Positions 20,653 through 29,682 of a stretch of 64,000 nucleotides of DNA are shown in pieces. Origin of the DNA: Ignavibacteria bacterium (GTDB lineage: Bacteria; Bacteroidota; Ignavibacteria; Kapaibacteriales; UBA2268). The notes below the pieces were generated by a model. The model ran no database searches. It saw nothing but the letters and a program-made list of their open reading frames with translations, and had not been told where the DNA came from. Where the stretch lies: contig JAOAEE010000051.1 in assembly GCA_026416955.1 (NCBI GenBank), forward strand, positions 1,592 to 65,591, in the 5' to 3' direction. The position numbers were made by a program, and so were the translations under genes. Within the stretch, counting starts at the first letter, position 1, and each line of letters starts with the position of its first letter.

Positions 20653-22194
20653 ATGAAAAAAGTTTTCATATTTGTTTGCTCTTTTATATTAACAATAAAC
20701 ATTCTTTTTACACAAGAACGCGAAGTTGTTTTAGATTATATTAAGCTAAATGGAAAAATATTGGAAAAAGAGCAGCAGGAATTATTAATTTTTTCAAAGA
20801 CCGACTCAATTTCTTTCTTTTATCACTTGGAGTCAAAAGATACTACTTTAAGAACCCCATTTATCTTTAAAGTGATAATAAAAAATTCAAGAGATTCTTC
20901 TGTCTACACAACTAATACAAAGATAATAAATTATAAAAATCTTCCAGAAGACCATTATTCTTTAACTATCCAAGCATTCGACCCTAGAAATCAATGGGTC
21001 GCTAAACCCCTGAATGTTGAGTTTGTTGTTAACAATAAACTTAGTTCAATTGTTAAAGAATTCGTAAGTTTAAAAAAAGAAAGAAGTTCGAAAACCTTAA
21101 TGAAAAGTGAGACAAAGCCTAACGAAAGTTTAAAGTTTTATGGGGTGGACATTAAGTCTGCTGGAATTGGGCTTGGGATTGGTTTGATACTACTTTTGAT
21201 ATTGATACCAATCTTATTAAAGGTAAGGAAAGGCAAAACTACAAAAGAAGTTCCCGAGAGCAAGGATAGAATTCAGTTAGATAAAATTAAGTATGAACAG
21301 ATACTCTTAGAAAACAGTAATCTTAGGGCAGAAATTGCTGCGCTACGTGGCCAAATTGATGCTTTAAATTCGCGTGCAGAAGAATTAAGAAAACAAAACA
21401 TTGAACTTAAGGATAAAGTAGAAAAATTATCAAATAGTAAAGCAGAACTCGAGGAATTACAACAGCAAAAAGACGAATTGTTTGCTTTAATAATTCACGA
21501 CATTAAAAATCCTGCAGCACTAATAAAAAACCTCGTCGAACTACTTCGTTCCTATGATTTAACCGCAACAGAGCAACAAGAAATTATTGATGATATTCTT
21601 CTTACTTCCAATAGAATTGTGGCTCTATCGCAAGAAGTTTCGAGAATTCTTGCCTTGGAATCTTCATTGATGAGTTTGAATTTGGAGTTGGGAAATGTCA
21701 ACGATGTTATTAGAGAGGTTGTAAAAGCTAATTCACCAAATGCAAAAAGCAAAAACATTAATATTTTTGTCGACCTAGATGAAAAATTGGAAGAATTTAA
21801 GTTCGACCGTTATAAAGTTTACGAAGTATTAGACAATTTGATGTCTAATGCAATTAAATTTACTCAAAAAGGAGGGGAGGTAAGAGTTACATCTCAAAGA
21901 CAAGACGATAAAGTTGTAGTGCAAGTAATAGATAATGGCTTAGGACTCTCGGATGAGGATATTAGTAAAGCATTTCAGAGAGGAGCAAAACTAAGCGCTA
22001 AACCCACAAGCGATGAACCTTCGTCTGGCCTGGGACTCTGGATAGTTAAAAGACTTGTTGAGGCAATGAAAGGGAAGGTTTGGGTCAAAAGTGTTTTGGG
22101 GAAAGGTTCAACATTTGCTTTCTCGGTTCCAATATTGAAGGAAGTTTCTATCAATATTGGCGAAGAAAAAGAATTACAAGAGGAAATTCCCTAA
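20653..22194 (+). CDS. Membrane sensor histidine kinase with a periplasmic Y_Y_Y-like Ig domain
   Basis: Signal/TM, an extracytoplasmic domain (YKNLPEDHYSLTIQAFD), one TM, a coiled coil, H-box LIIHDIKNP, and HATPase_c N/G boxes (LDNLMSNAIKFT, DNGLGL, GLGLWIV). Confidence 0.85.
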   Translation: MKKVFIFVCSFILTINILFTQEREVVLDYIKLNGKILEKEQQELLIFSKTDSISFFYHLESKDTTLRTPFIFKVIIKNSRDSSVYTTNTKIINYKNLPEDHYSLTIQAFDPRNQWVAKPLNVEFVVNNKLSSIVKEFVSLKKERSSKTLMKSETKPNESLKFYGVDIKSAGIGLGIGLILLLILIPILLKVRKGKTTKEVPESKDRIQLDKIKYEQILLENSNLRAEIAALRGQIDALNSRAEELRKQNIELKDKVEKLSNSKAELEELQQQKDELFALIIHDIKNPAALIKNLVELLRSYDLTATEQQEIIDDILLTSNRIVALSQEVSRILALESSLMSLNLELGNVNDVIREVVKANSPNAKSKNINIFVDLDEKLEEFKFDRYKVYEVLDNLMSNAIKFTQKGGEVRVTSQRQDDKVVVQVIDNGLGLSDEDISKAFQRGAKLSAKPTSDEPSSGLGLWIVKRLVEAMKGKVWVKSVLGKGSTFAFSVPILKEVSINIGEEKELQEEIP

Positions 22195-22324
22195 TCCTCA
22201 CCCTTTAAACAACACAAATAAAAACATTTGATAACAGAAAATTGAATGCATAATAGAGGAGAGGCTTGTTTTTCATAAATTGCATTTGTAACCAAAGTGT
22301 TTTTTTAGAATATGGAGGATTTTT

Positions 22325-22696
22325 ATGGCTAAAGTTGCTATTATCGATGATGATGTGGACATCATTGATGCTGTTAGTTTGGTCCTTCAATCGAAGGGGT
22401 TTTCAGTTGTTTCTGCTAAGAATGCAAATGATGGTTTGAAATTGGTCGAAAGTGAGTCCCCTGATATCATTTTACTGGATGTAATGATGGAAGAACCAGA
22501 TGACGGGTTTTATTTTGCAATGAAGTTACGGAAAATGGGGATTAAAACCCCTATTTTTCTTTTAACTTCGATATCTAAAGTTACTGGCTTTGATTATGCA
22601 GGTAGTGAATCTTTACCTGTTGAGGAATTTTTGGAGAAACCATTGCAATCCGATGTTTTAATTGAAAAAATTAATAAGTATTTAGGACAAAAGTGA
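22325..22696 (+). CDS. Single-domain response regulator (receiver only)
   Basis: SD ggagg. Acidic pocket IIDDDVD, phospho-acceptor context IILLDVMM, LLTS, and the conserved Lys in FLEKP. At 123 aa it has no output domain. Confidence 0.85.
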   Translation: MAKVAIIDDDVDIIDAVSLVLQSKGFSVVSAKNANDGLKLVESESPDIILLDVMMEEPDDGFYFAMKLRKMGIKTPIFLLTSISKVTGFDYAGSESLPVEEFLEKPLQSDVLIEKINKYLGQK

Positions 22697-22703
22697 GGTT
22701 GTT

Positions 22704-23177
22704 ATGATTTTTCCGGATAAGAATGTATTAGTAAATGAAGTCGACACATTGGTCAGAAAGTATGGAAATGGGAGGGAAAGTTTACTTCCAATTCTACAAG
22801 ATATTCAACGAAAGTTTGGTTTTATCTCGGACTTTGCAATGCAAGAAGTTGCTCATCAATTAAATATCCACCCAGTTGAGGTTTATGGTGTTGTTACCTT
22901 TTATAGTTTTTTAAGTACTGAACCAAAAGGGAAATATGTAATCAGGTTATGCAAAACAATTTCTTGTGAACTTGCTGGAAAAGACGCTGTTGCAAATACT
23001 TTAGAAAGGGAATTAAACTTGAAGTTTGGCGAGACATCAATGGATAGGAAATTTACTCTTGAATATTGTCACTGTATTGGAATGTGTGACCAAGGTCCGG
23101 CTATGTTGATTAATGAAAGTGTTTACACAAAATTGACGCCTTCAAAAGTTATCGAAATCATTGAAAGTTTAAAATAG
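22704..23177 (+). CDS. hydC: [FeFe]-hydrogenase gamma subunit, NuoE-type [2Fe-2S] protein
   Basis: Cys pattern CKTISC...CHCIGMC in a thioredoxin-like NuoE fold. It starts 7 nt after the response-regulator gene. Confidence 0.8.
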   Translation: MIFPDKNVLVNEVDTLVRKYGNGRESLLPILQDIQRKFGFISDFAMQEVAHQLNIHPVEVYGVVTFYSFLSTEPKGKYVIRLCKTISCELAGKDAVANTLERELNLKFGETSMDRKFTLEYCHCIGMCDQGPAMLINESVYTKLTPSKVIEIIESLK

Positions 23178-23186
23178 GAGGTTAAT

Positions 23187-24380
23187 ATGCCAATAATTAA
23201 TGATACATTATTCTTTGATGAGAAAGCACACGGGGAAGCCTTAGAGCGTGCTTTGATGATGAGTCCCCAAGAAGTTGTTATGGAAATTCGTGAATCAGGT
23301 CTTCGGGGACGCGGTGGTGCTGGTTTCCCAACTGGCACCAAGTGGATGCTTGCACTTTCTGCCAAAGCCGATAAGAAGTTTGTTGTTTGTAACGCCGACG
23401 AAGGAGAACCGGGTACTTTTAAAGATAGGGTTCTTCTGTCGGAATACACAAAATTGGTTCTTGAAGGAATGGTTATTGGTGGCTATGCTATTCAAGCTCA
23501 AAAAGGGTTCATTTATCTCCGAGGGGAATATGCATACCTTTTGGAACATTTGAACACTTTTTTGGAAAGAATGCGAAAGGAAAATAGGTTGGGTGATAAT
23601 ATTCTTGGAACCAGTTTCTCTTTTGATATAGAGATTAGGCTTGGGTCTGGAGCCTATGTTTGCGGTGAAGAAACCGCATTAATTGAATCCCTTGAAGGTC
23701 ATAGGGGAGAAGCAAGGAATCGGCCTCCTTTCCCAGTTAATACTGGTTACCTTGGATACCCTACTATTGTAAATAATGTAGAAACATTTGCTTGTGCATA
23801 TATTGTTATGTCCAAGGGTGCTCAATGGTTTGCTAAATACGGTACAGAAAAATCAAAAGGTATGAAATTAATTTCTGTTTCTGGAGATTGTAAAAAGCCC
23901 GGAGTTTATGAAGTTCCTTTTGGCATTACTGTTAAAGAATTGCTTGAACTTGTTCAAGCGGATAGAACAAAAGCTGTTCAAATAGGTGGAGCATCTGGAA
24001 TTTGTATACCAATGAGTGAAATTAATAGGAACATTTCATTCGAAGACATTCCAACGGGAGGCTCAGTTATTATTTTTAATGAAGATAGAAGTATGCTGAA
24101 GGTCTTGCGAAACTTTATGGAATTTTTTGTCGAGGAAAGTTGTGGTCAATGTACACCGTGCCGGGTTGGAAATAAAAAATTACTCGAAGGAGTTGAAATG
24201 CTCGAAAAAGGGGAATGTTCTCATAGATATTTAAACGAATTAATTGAGCTTGGAAAAACTATGCAAATTGCTTCCAAATGTGGTCTTGGGCAATCATCGC
24301 CAAATCCTTTTATTTCAATAGTAACGAACTTCAAAGACGAGATTATGTCTAACTCAATTAGAGGAAACAATGGCAGATAA
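23187..24380 (+). CDS. hydB: [FeFe]-hydrogenase beta subunit, NuoF-type FMN/NAD(H)-binding core only (397 aa)
   Basis: GRGGAGFPTGTKW, CNADEGEPGTFKDR, AYVCGEETALIESLEG, and the N3-type cluster ESCGQCTPCR...SKCGLGQ. There are no N-terminal [2Fe-2S] or C-terminal 2x[4Fe-4S] Cys clusters. Confidence 0.85.
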   Translation: MPIINDTLFFDEKAHGEALERALMMSPQEVVMEIRESGLRGRGGAGFPTGTKWMLALSAKADKKFVVCNADEGEPGTFKDRVLLSEYTKLVLEGMVIGGYAIQAQKGFIYLRGEYAYLLEHLNTFLERMRKENRLGDNILGTSFSFDIEIRLGSGAYVCGEETALIESLEGHRGEARNRPPFPVNTGYLGYPTIVNNVETFACAYIVMSKGAQWFAKYGTEKSKGMKLISVSGDCKKPGVYEVPFGITVKELLELVQADRTKAVQIGGASGICIPMSEINRNISFEDIPTGGSVIIFNEDRSMLKVLRNFMEFFVEESCGQCTPCRVGNKKLLEGVEMLEKGECSHRYLNELIELGKTMQIASKCGLGQSSPNPFISIVTNFKDEIMSNSIRGNNGR

Positions 24381-26247
24381 AATAGTAGAAGGAAGAGCAC
24401 CAGTTAGCCAAAAACCCCATACGGTTGAAAGTAAAGAAAATGGGGATATTGGTGGATTAATCGAAATAGAAATTAATGGTCGACCATATTCTGTACCCTT
24501 TGGAATCACAATATTAGAAGCATGTAAAAGGAATAACATTCATATTCCGACTTTGTGTTATCATGAGGATTTATGTCTAGCTGGCGCCTGCAGAGTTTGT
24601 GTGGTCGAAATCGAAGGTATTAGAACTTTACAAGCAGCCTGTGCTTATCCGATAACTGGTAAAATAAAAGTTTGGACTACTTCGGAACGAGTTAGAAAAG
24701 CCCGCCGGCACATCCTGGATTTACTTCTGAGCGAACATTATGGAGAATGCTATTCTTGTGTTCGTAATAATAATTGTGAACTTCAAACTCTTGCCAAAGA
24801 GTATGGTGTTGATTTCTATCGATTTGGGCATATTAAGGAGAAGCGTTACGAAGTCGACCGTTCCAGTTATGCAATTGTACGCGATATGGATAAATGTGTT
24901 CTTTGTAAGCGTTGTGTTAGAACCTGTATAGATTTACAAGAAGTTGGCGTTCTGGAAGCAACAAGGCGTGGTTACGCTACTTTAATTTCCACCTTTATGG
25001 ACAAACCGATGCTTGATGTAATATGTATCAACTGTGGTCAGTGTATTAATCGTTGTCCTACCGGTGCATTAAGGGCAAAAGACCCGTCCGATGATATTTG
25101 GAGGGCGATTGACGACCCGACAAAGCACGTAGTTATTCAAACTGCACCTTCGATTCGTGCGGCCATTGGAGAAGAATTTGGTTTACCTCCTGGGAATTCA
25201 ATGACTGGTCAAATGGTTACTGCTTTAAGAATGATTGGTTTCGACAGAGTTTTCGATACTAACTTTGCTGCCGACTTAACTATTATGGAGGAGGGTACAG
25301 AACTGTTATTGCGTCTAAAAAGGAAACTCCTTTTTGGAGACGAAACTGTTAAACTACCTCAGTTTACTTCTTGCTCTCCGGGTTGGATAAAATTTATTGA
25401 ACATTTTTATCCAGAATATTTAGAATACTTATCGACTTGTAAATCGCCCCAGCAGATGTTTGGAGCGGTAATAAAGACTTTTTATGCCCAAGAAATGGGT
25501 TTAGACCCATCGAATATTATTACTGTTGCTGTTATGCCTTGTACTGCTAAAAAGTTTGAATGCAATCGTCCTGAAATGAACTCATCTGGCTTCAAGGATA
25601 TTGACTATGGTTTGACCACAAGAGAACTTGCACAGATGATAAAAGAGGCTGGGATATATCTACCTGAATTGCCAAAGAGCCATTTTGACGAGCCATTTGG
25701 GGATGCTTCTGGGGCTGGTTTGATTTTTGGTGCAACAGGTGGTGTTATGGAAGCTGCACTTCGTACAGTTTATGAAATTGTAACTGGAAGACCAGTTCCT
25801 TTCGAAAATCTTGCAATTACACCTTGTAGGGGGATGGATGGAGTTCGCCAAGCATCCGTCGTTCTCAATGATGTCAAGGATGAATGGAAGTTCCTTGAAG
25901 GAATCGAATTGAAGTTTATGATTGCCCACGGTACTGCTAACGCTAAGAAAGTTATGGAAGCTTTAATTCGTGGAGAACTTGAAGGTTATCATTTTGTTGA
26001 AATTATGGCTTGTCCCGGAGGTTGTATTGGTGGGGGAGGTCAACCAATACCAACCAGTCCAGAAATTCGTAAAAAACGCGCAGAAGCAATTTATAAAGAA
26101 GATGCTGAGTTGCCCATTCGAAAGTCCCACGAAAATCCACATATTAAGTACATTTACGAGAAATTCCTTGTCGATGGTCCCTGCGGACATATTTCACACA
26201 AACTTTTACATACTCATTATACCAAGCGAGGAAAATACATTGTTTAA
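24370..26247 (+). CDS. hydA: [FeFe]-hydrogenase catalytic subunit with N-terminal NuoG-like FeS domains
   Basis: [2Fe-2S] CYHEDLCLAGACRVC, His-ligated cluster HYGECYSCVRNNNC, and CVLCKRCVRTC plus CINCGQCINRCP. H-cluster motifs are L1 TSCSPGW (atypical), L2 MPCTAKKFE and L3 EIMACPGGCIGGGGQP. Confidence 0.9.
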   Translation: MADKIVEGRAPVSQKPHTVESKENGDIGGLIEIEINGRPYSVPFGITILEACKRNNIHIPTLCYHEDLCLAGACRVCVVEIEGIRTLQAACAYPITGKIKVWTTSERVRKARRHILDLLLSEHYGECYSCVRNNNCELQTLAKEYGVDFYRFGHIKEKRYEVDRSSYAIVRDMDKCVLCKRCVRTCIDLQEVGVLEATRRGYATLISTFMDKPMLDVICINCGQCINRCPTGALRAKDPSDDIWRAIDDPTKHVVIQTAPSIRAAIGEEFGLPPGNSMTGQMVTALRMIGFDRVFDTNFAADLTIMEEGTELLLRLKRKLLFGDETVKLPQFTSCSPGWIKFIEHFYPEYLEYLSTCKSPQQMFGAVIKTFYAQEMGLDPSNIITVAVMPCTAKKFECNRPEMNSSGFKDIDYGLTTRELAQMIKEAGIYLPELPKSHFDEPFGDASGAGLIFGATGGVMEAALRTVYEIVTGRPVPFENLAITPCRGMDGVRQASVVLNDVKDEWKFLEGIELKFMIAHGTANAKKVMEALIRGELEGYHFVEIMACPGGCIGGGGQPIPTSPEIRKKRAEAIYKEDAELPIRKSHENPHIKYIYEKFLVDGPCGHISHKLLHTHYTKRGKYIV

Positions 26248-26265
26248 ACTAATATATTTCCAATC

Positions 26266-26299
26266 AGAGACAGGGAAAAACCCTGTCTCTTTTTTTTTA
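26266..26299 (+). terminator. Rho-independent terminator after hydA
   Basis: Stem agagacaggg, loop aaaaa, stem ccctgtctct, then a T9 run. Confidence 0.85.
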
Positions 26300-26540
26300 T
26301 TCTGAAAATTAATTATTCACTAATATTTTGAAAGGGTTCCGGCAAGCACTTTTATTTTAATATTTTAATATGTTTATTTATTATTTATGTTGTTGTGTTA
26401 TCCTCTTTATATTCATTTTTATGTTTCTTTTTTCAATCTTTTAAGTTTTTGTAGTTCTCATAGATACATTTTCTTTTCTTTTTGGTTTCAAATACTTTAT
26501 GTCAAATATCGTCTCTGAAAGTTAAATTTATTGGTGAAAT

Positions 26541-29500
26541 ATGTTTGGTTTCTTAAAAAAATTCATTAAAACTAAGCACGAGAAAGACATTGAAAGATTG
26601 AAACCGATTGTAGCAAAAATTAATGAATTTTATGAGAAATTTGATTCACTTTCCGATGAGGAATTAAAATCAAAAACTTTTGAATTCAAGGAATTAGTTA
26701 AAAGTAATATAAGTGAATTAGAAGAAAAAAAATTCCAACTCTCTGAAAAGTTGAAAAATGAGGTTCTTAGCCCCGATGAAGTCGCAGATATTCGAGAAGA
26801 AATTAAAAGATTAGATAAACAAATTTTTGAAACAGTAGAAAACACTTTAGATGAGATACTTCCAGAAGCTTACGCAGTTGTAAAGCAGGCATGTAAACGA
26901 TTAAAAGAACGTGGCTATGCTTATACTTATACTGGGCAACATTATGTGTGGGATATGGTTCCTTTCGACGTTCAATTGATGGGTGCGATTGTTCTTCATG
27001 AAGGGAAAATTGCTGAAATGGCCACAGGAGAAGGTAAAACTCTTGTCGCTGTGATGCCTTTGTATTTGAATTCTCTTGCTGGGAAAGGATGTCATCTTGT
27101 TACGGTAAATGATTATCTTGCTCGTCGGGATGCAGAATGGATGAAACCGGTTTACGATTTTCTTGGAGTTACTGTTGGTGTTATTCAATCAAATATGTCA
27201 ACAGAACAAAGACAAAAAGAATACAACTGCGATATAACCTATGGCACAAATAATGAGTTCGGTTTTGATTATCTCCGCGACAATATGGTAATTGATGTAA
27301 AGGATATTGTTCAACGAGGCCATTGGTATGCAATTGTTGATGAAGTTGATTCGGTCTTGATAGATGAAGCTAGAACCCCGTTGATAATTTCCGGTCCTGT
27401 TGAGCATACAACCGACCAGATTTATCAAGAAATGGAGCCAAGAGTTCGCCGTCTAGTCGAAGCCCAAACAAAATTAATTAACCAAATTGTATCCGATGCA
27501 CAGAAACTTCTCGAGTCTGGCAAAAAAGAGGATAGAGATGCTGCTGGTGTTCTGTTATTACGTGCATATCGTGGGCTACCAAAACATAAAAGATTGTCTA
27601 AATTGTTGCAAGAACCAGAATATTTGAAGTTAATGAAAGATACCGAATTGCTTTACTTACGTGACCAAGGTCAAAGAATGCACGAAATCGATGATGAACT
27701 TTATTACACCATAGATGAGAAAAACCACAATGTAGATATCACTGAAAAGGGTCGGCAAATGTTGTGCAATGCACAAGAAGACCCAAATATGTTTGTAATT
27801 CCAGACATTGCAACCGAACTGAGTTTAATCGAGGGAAACTCTTCGCTCACAGAGGAAGAAAAGCAAAAAAGAAAAGATGAACTTTACGTCTTGTATTCAG
27901 AAAGAAGCGAGCGAATTCACGCTATTCATCAACTTTTAGTTGCCTTTTCATTATACGAGAAGGATGTTGAATATGTTGTTCAAGATGGCAAAGTACTTAT
28001 TGTTGACGAGTTCACAGGTAGAATCCTCGAAGGAAGAAGGTATTCTGAAGGTTTGCACCAGGCAATAGAAGCAAAGGAACACGTTCGAGTTGAAAGGGAT
28101 ACCCAAACACTTGCAACAATCACTATTCAGAATTATTTCCGAATGTATAAGAAGTTGGCAGGTATGACTGGAACTGCCGAAACCGAAGCAGCTGAATTCG
28201 AAAAAATATATGGTCTGGACGTTGTTGTTATTCCAACAAATAAACCAGTAATTAGAGTCGATAAAGATGATTTAATTTTTAGAACCAAAAGAGAAAAATA
28301 TTATGCTATTGTTCAAGCAATAGAAGAAGAGCTGAAGAAAGGTAGAGCAGTGCTTGTTGGAACAACAAGTGTTGAAGTTTCTGAGTTGTTAAGTAAAATG
28401 CTTCGCCGAAAGGGTATACCTCATAATGTGTTAAATGCAAAGCACCATCAAAAGGAAGCAGAAATTATTGCACAAGCTGGAAGGAAAGGAACCGTTACAA
28501 TTGCTACAAATATGGCGGGGCGAGGTACAGACATTAAGATTGACCACGAGGTACGAAAGAATGGGGGTTTGGCAATAATTGGTTCTGAAAGACACGAGGC
28601 GAGAAGAATAGATAGGCAACTGCGTGGTCGTGCCGGAAGACAAGGCGACCCCGGAAGCTCCCAATTTTTTATATCCTTGGAAGATGATTTAATGCGTTTG
28701 TTCGGTGGTGAAAGAATTGCAAACATAATGCAAAGGTTAAAAATCCCAGAAGGGGAGCCAATCTTCCATCCAATGATAACCAAAAATGTCGAAAAAGCAC
28801 AAAAAAAGGTCGAAGAAAACAATTTCGGTATTAGGAAACGATTGCTTGAATATGATAACGTAATGAATCAACAAAGAGAGGTTATTTATGCAAGAAGAAG
28901 AAATGCGTTAAGTGGAGAAAGATTGCGTGCAGAAATTTTTGAATATATAGAAGACCTTGCTTATGATTGGTACGAGGAATTTCATCCAGATTTGAAAGTG
29001 GAGGAATTTCGAAATGCTGTTCGTTCTACTTTACTTTGTGATATCGAGTTAAGTAAAAGTGATTTTGAGAACTTAAAGAAAGAAGAGATTATTCGTAAAG
29101 TACTGGATTCTGCAAAAGAATTTTATGATAGGAAAGAGCAATTTTTAGGTACCGAGTTTATGGCACAGCTCGAAAGGATTGCTACCCTTCAAATTATCGA
29201 TGAAAAATGGCGAGAGCATTTGCGAGAAATGGACGATTTAAGGGAAGGAATTCATTTACGTGGATATGGACAAAAAGACCCGCTTTTGGAATACAAAGCG
29301 GAAGCCTATAAGCTTTTTGTCGATTTGATTAAAAGTATCAATAAAGACATTGTGAAGTTTGTGTTTCGTTATTTCCCACCAATTATCGAAAGGGAAGTTC
29401 GTACAACTGGACGTGGAAGGCGAGAATTGCCCACATTACGCCGTGTAATGCCCGACCAATCCAGTATGCAATTTTCACATTCTTCTTCACTACCTCAATT

Positions 29501-29669
29501 CATAGTATCCCCCTTTGCGGGGCAAACGCAAGCCTCACAAGATGATTTTAAACCAGTTACTACTTATAGAAAGACTGAAAAGGAAGTTGGTCGTAATGAC
29601 CCTTGTCCTTGTGGAAGTGGGAAGAAGTATAAACATTGTCACGGAAGAAAAATTTCTGTTGGGAATTAA
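26541..29669 (+). CDS. secA: Preprotein translocase ATPase SecA
   Basis: MATGEGKTLVA, DEVDSVLIDEARTPLIISG, TNMAGRGTDI, and the C-terminal zinc motif CPCGSGKKYKHCHG. Confidence 0.97.
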   Translation: MFGFLKKFIKTKHEKDIERLKPIVAKINEFYEKFDSLSDEELKSKTFEFKELVKSNISELEEKKFQLSEKLKNEVLSPDEVADIREEIKRLDKQIFETVENTLDEILPEAYAVVKQACKRLKERGYAYTYTGQHYVWDMVPFDVQLMGAIVLHEGKIAEMATGEGKTLVAVMPLYLNSLAGKGCHLVTVNDYLARRDAEWMKPVYDFLGVTVGVIQSNMSTEQRQKEYNCDITYGTNNEFGFDYLRDNMVIDVKDIVQRGHWYAIVDEVDSVLIDEARTPLIISGPVEHTTDQIYQEMEPRVRRLVEAQTKLINQIVSDAQKLLESGKKEDRDAAGVLLLRAYRGLPKHKRLSKLLQEPEYLKLMKDTELLYLRDQGQRMHEIDDELYYTIDEKNHNVDITEKGRQMLCNAQEDPNMFVIPDIATELSLIEGNSSLTEEEKQKRKDELYVLYSERSERIHAIHQLLVAFSLYEKDVEYVVQDGKVLIVDEFTGRILEGRRYSEGLHQAIEAKEHVRVERDTQTLATITIQNYFRMYKKLAGMTGTAETEAAEFEKIYGLDVVVIPTNKPVIRVDKDDLIFRTKREKYYAIVQAIEEELKKGRAVLVGTTSVEVSELLSKMLRRKGIPHNVLNAKHHQKEAEIIAQAGRKGTVTIATNMAGRGTDIKIDHEVRKNGGLAIIGSERHEARRIDRQLRGRAGRQGDPGSSQFFISLEDDLMRLFGGERIANIMQRLKIPEGEPIFHPMITKNVEKAQKKVEENNFGIRKRLLEYDNVMNQQREVIYARRRNALSGERLRAEIFEYIEDLAYDWYEEFHPDLKVEEFRNAVRSTLLCDIELSKSDFENLKKEEIIRKVLDSAKEFYDRKEQFLGTEFMAQLERIATLQIIDEKWREHLREMDDLREGIHLRGYGQKDPLLEYKAEAYKLFVDLIKSINKDIVKFVFRYFPPIIEREVRTTGRGRRELPTLRRVMPDQSSMQFSHSSSLPQFIVSPFAGQTQASQDDFKPVTTYRKTEKEVGRNDPCPCGSGKKYKHCHGRKISVGN

Positions 29670-29682
29670 GTTTTGGCAATAA

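Noticed and set aside
22195-22324. Partial repeat tgaatgcata / aattgcattt between the kinase and response-regulator genes; considered as an operator.
   Set aside because: The match is only about 5-6 nt and is neither a clean direct repeat nor a clean inverted repeat.
26370-26444. A 24-codon, very hydrophobic ORF (MFIYYLCCCVILFIFIFMFLFSIF) in the T-rich secA leader; considered as a secM-like regulatory peptide or small membrane protein.
   Set aside because: There is no Shine-Dalgarno or promoter box in front of it. The composition simply mirrors the T-rich spacer, and nothing suggests conservation.
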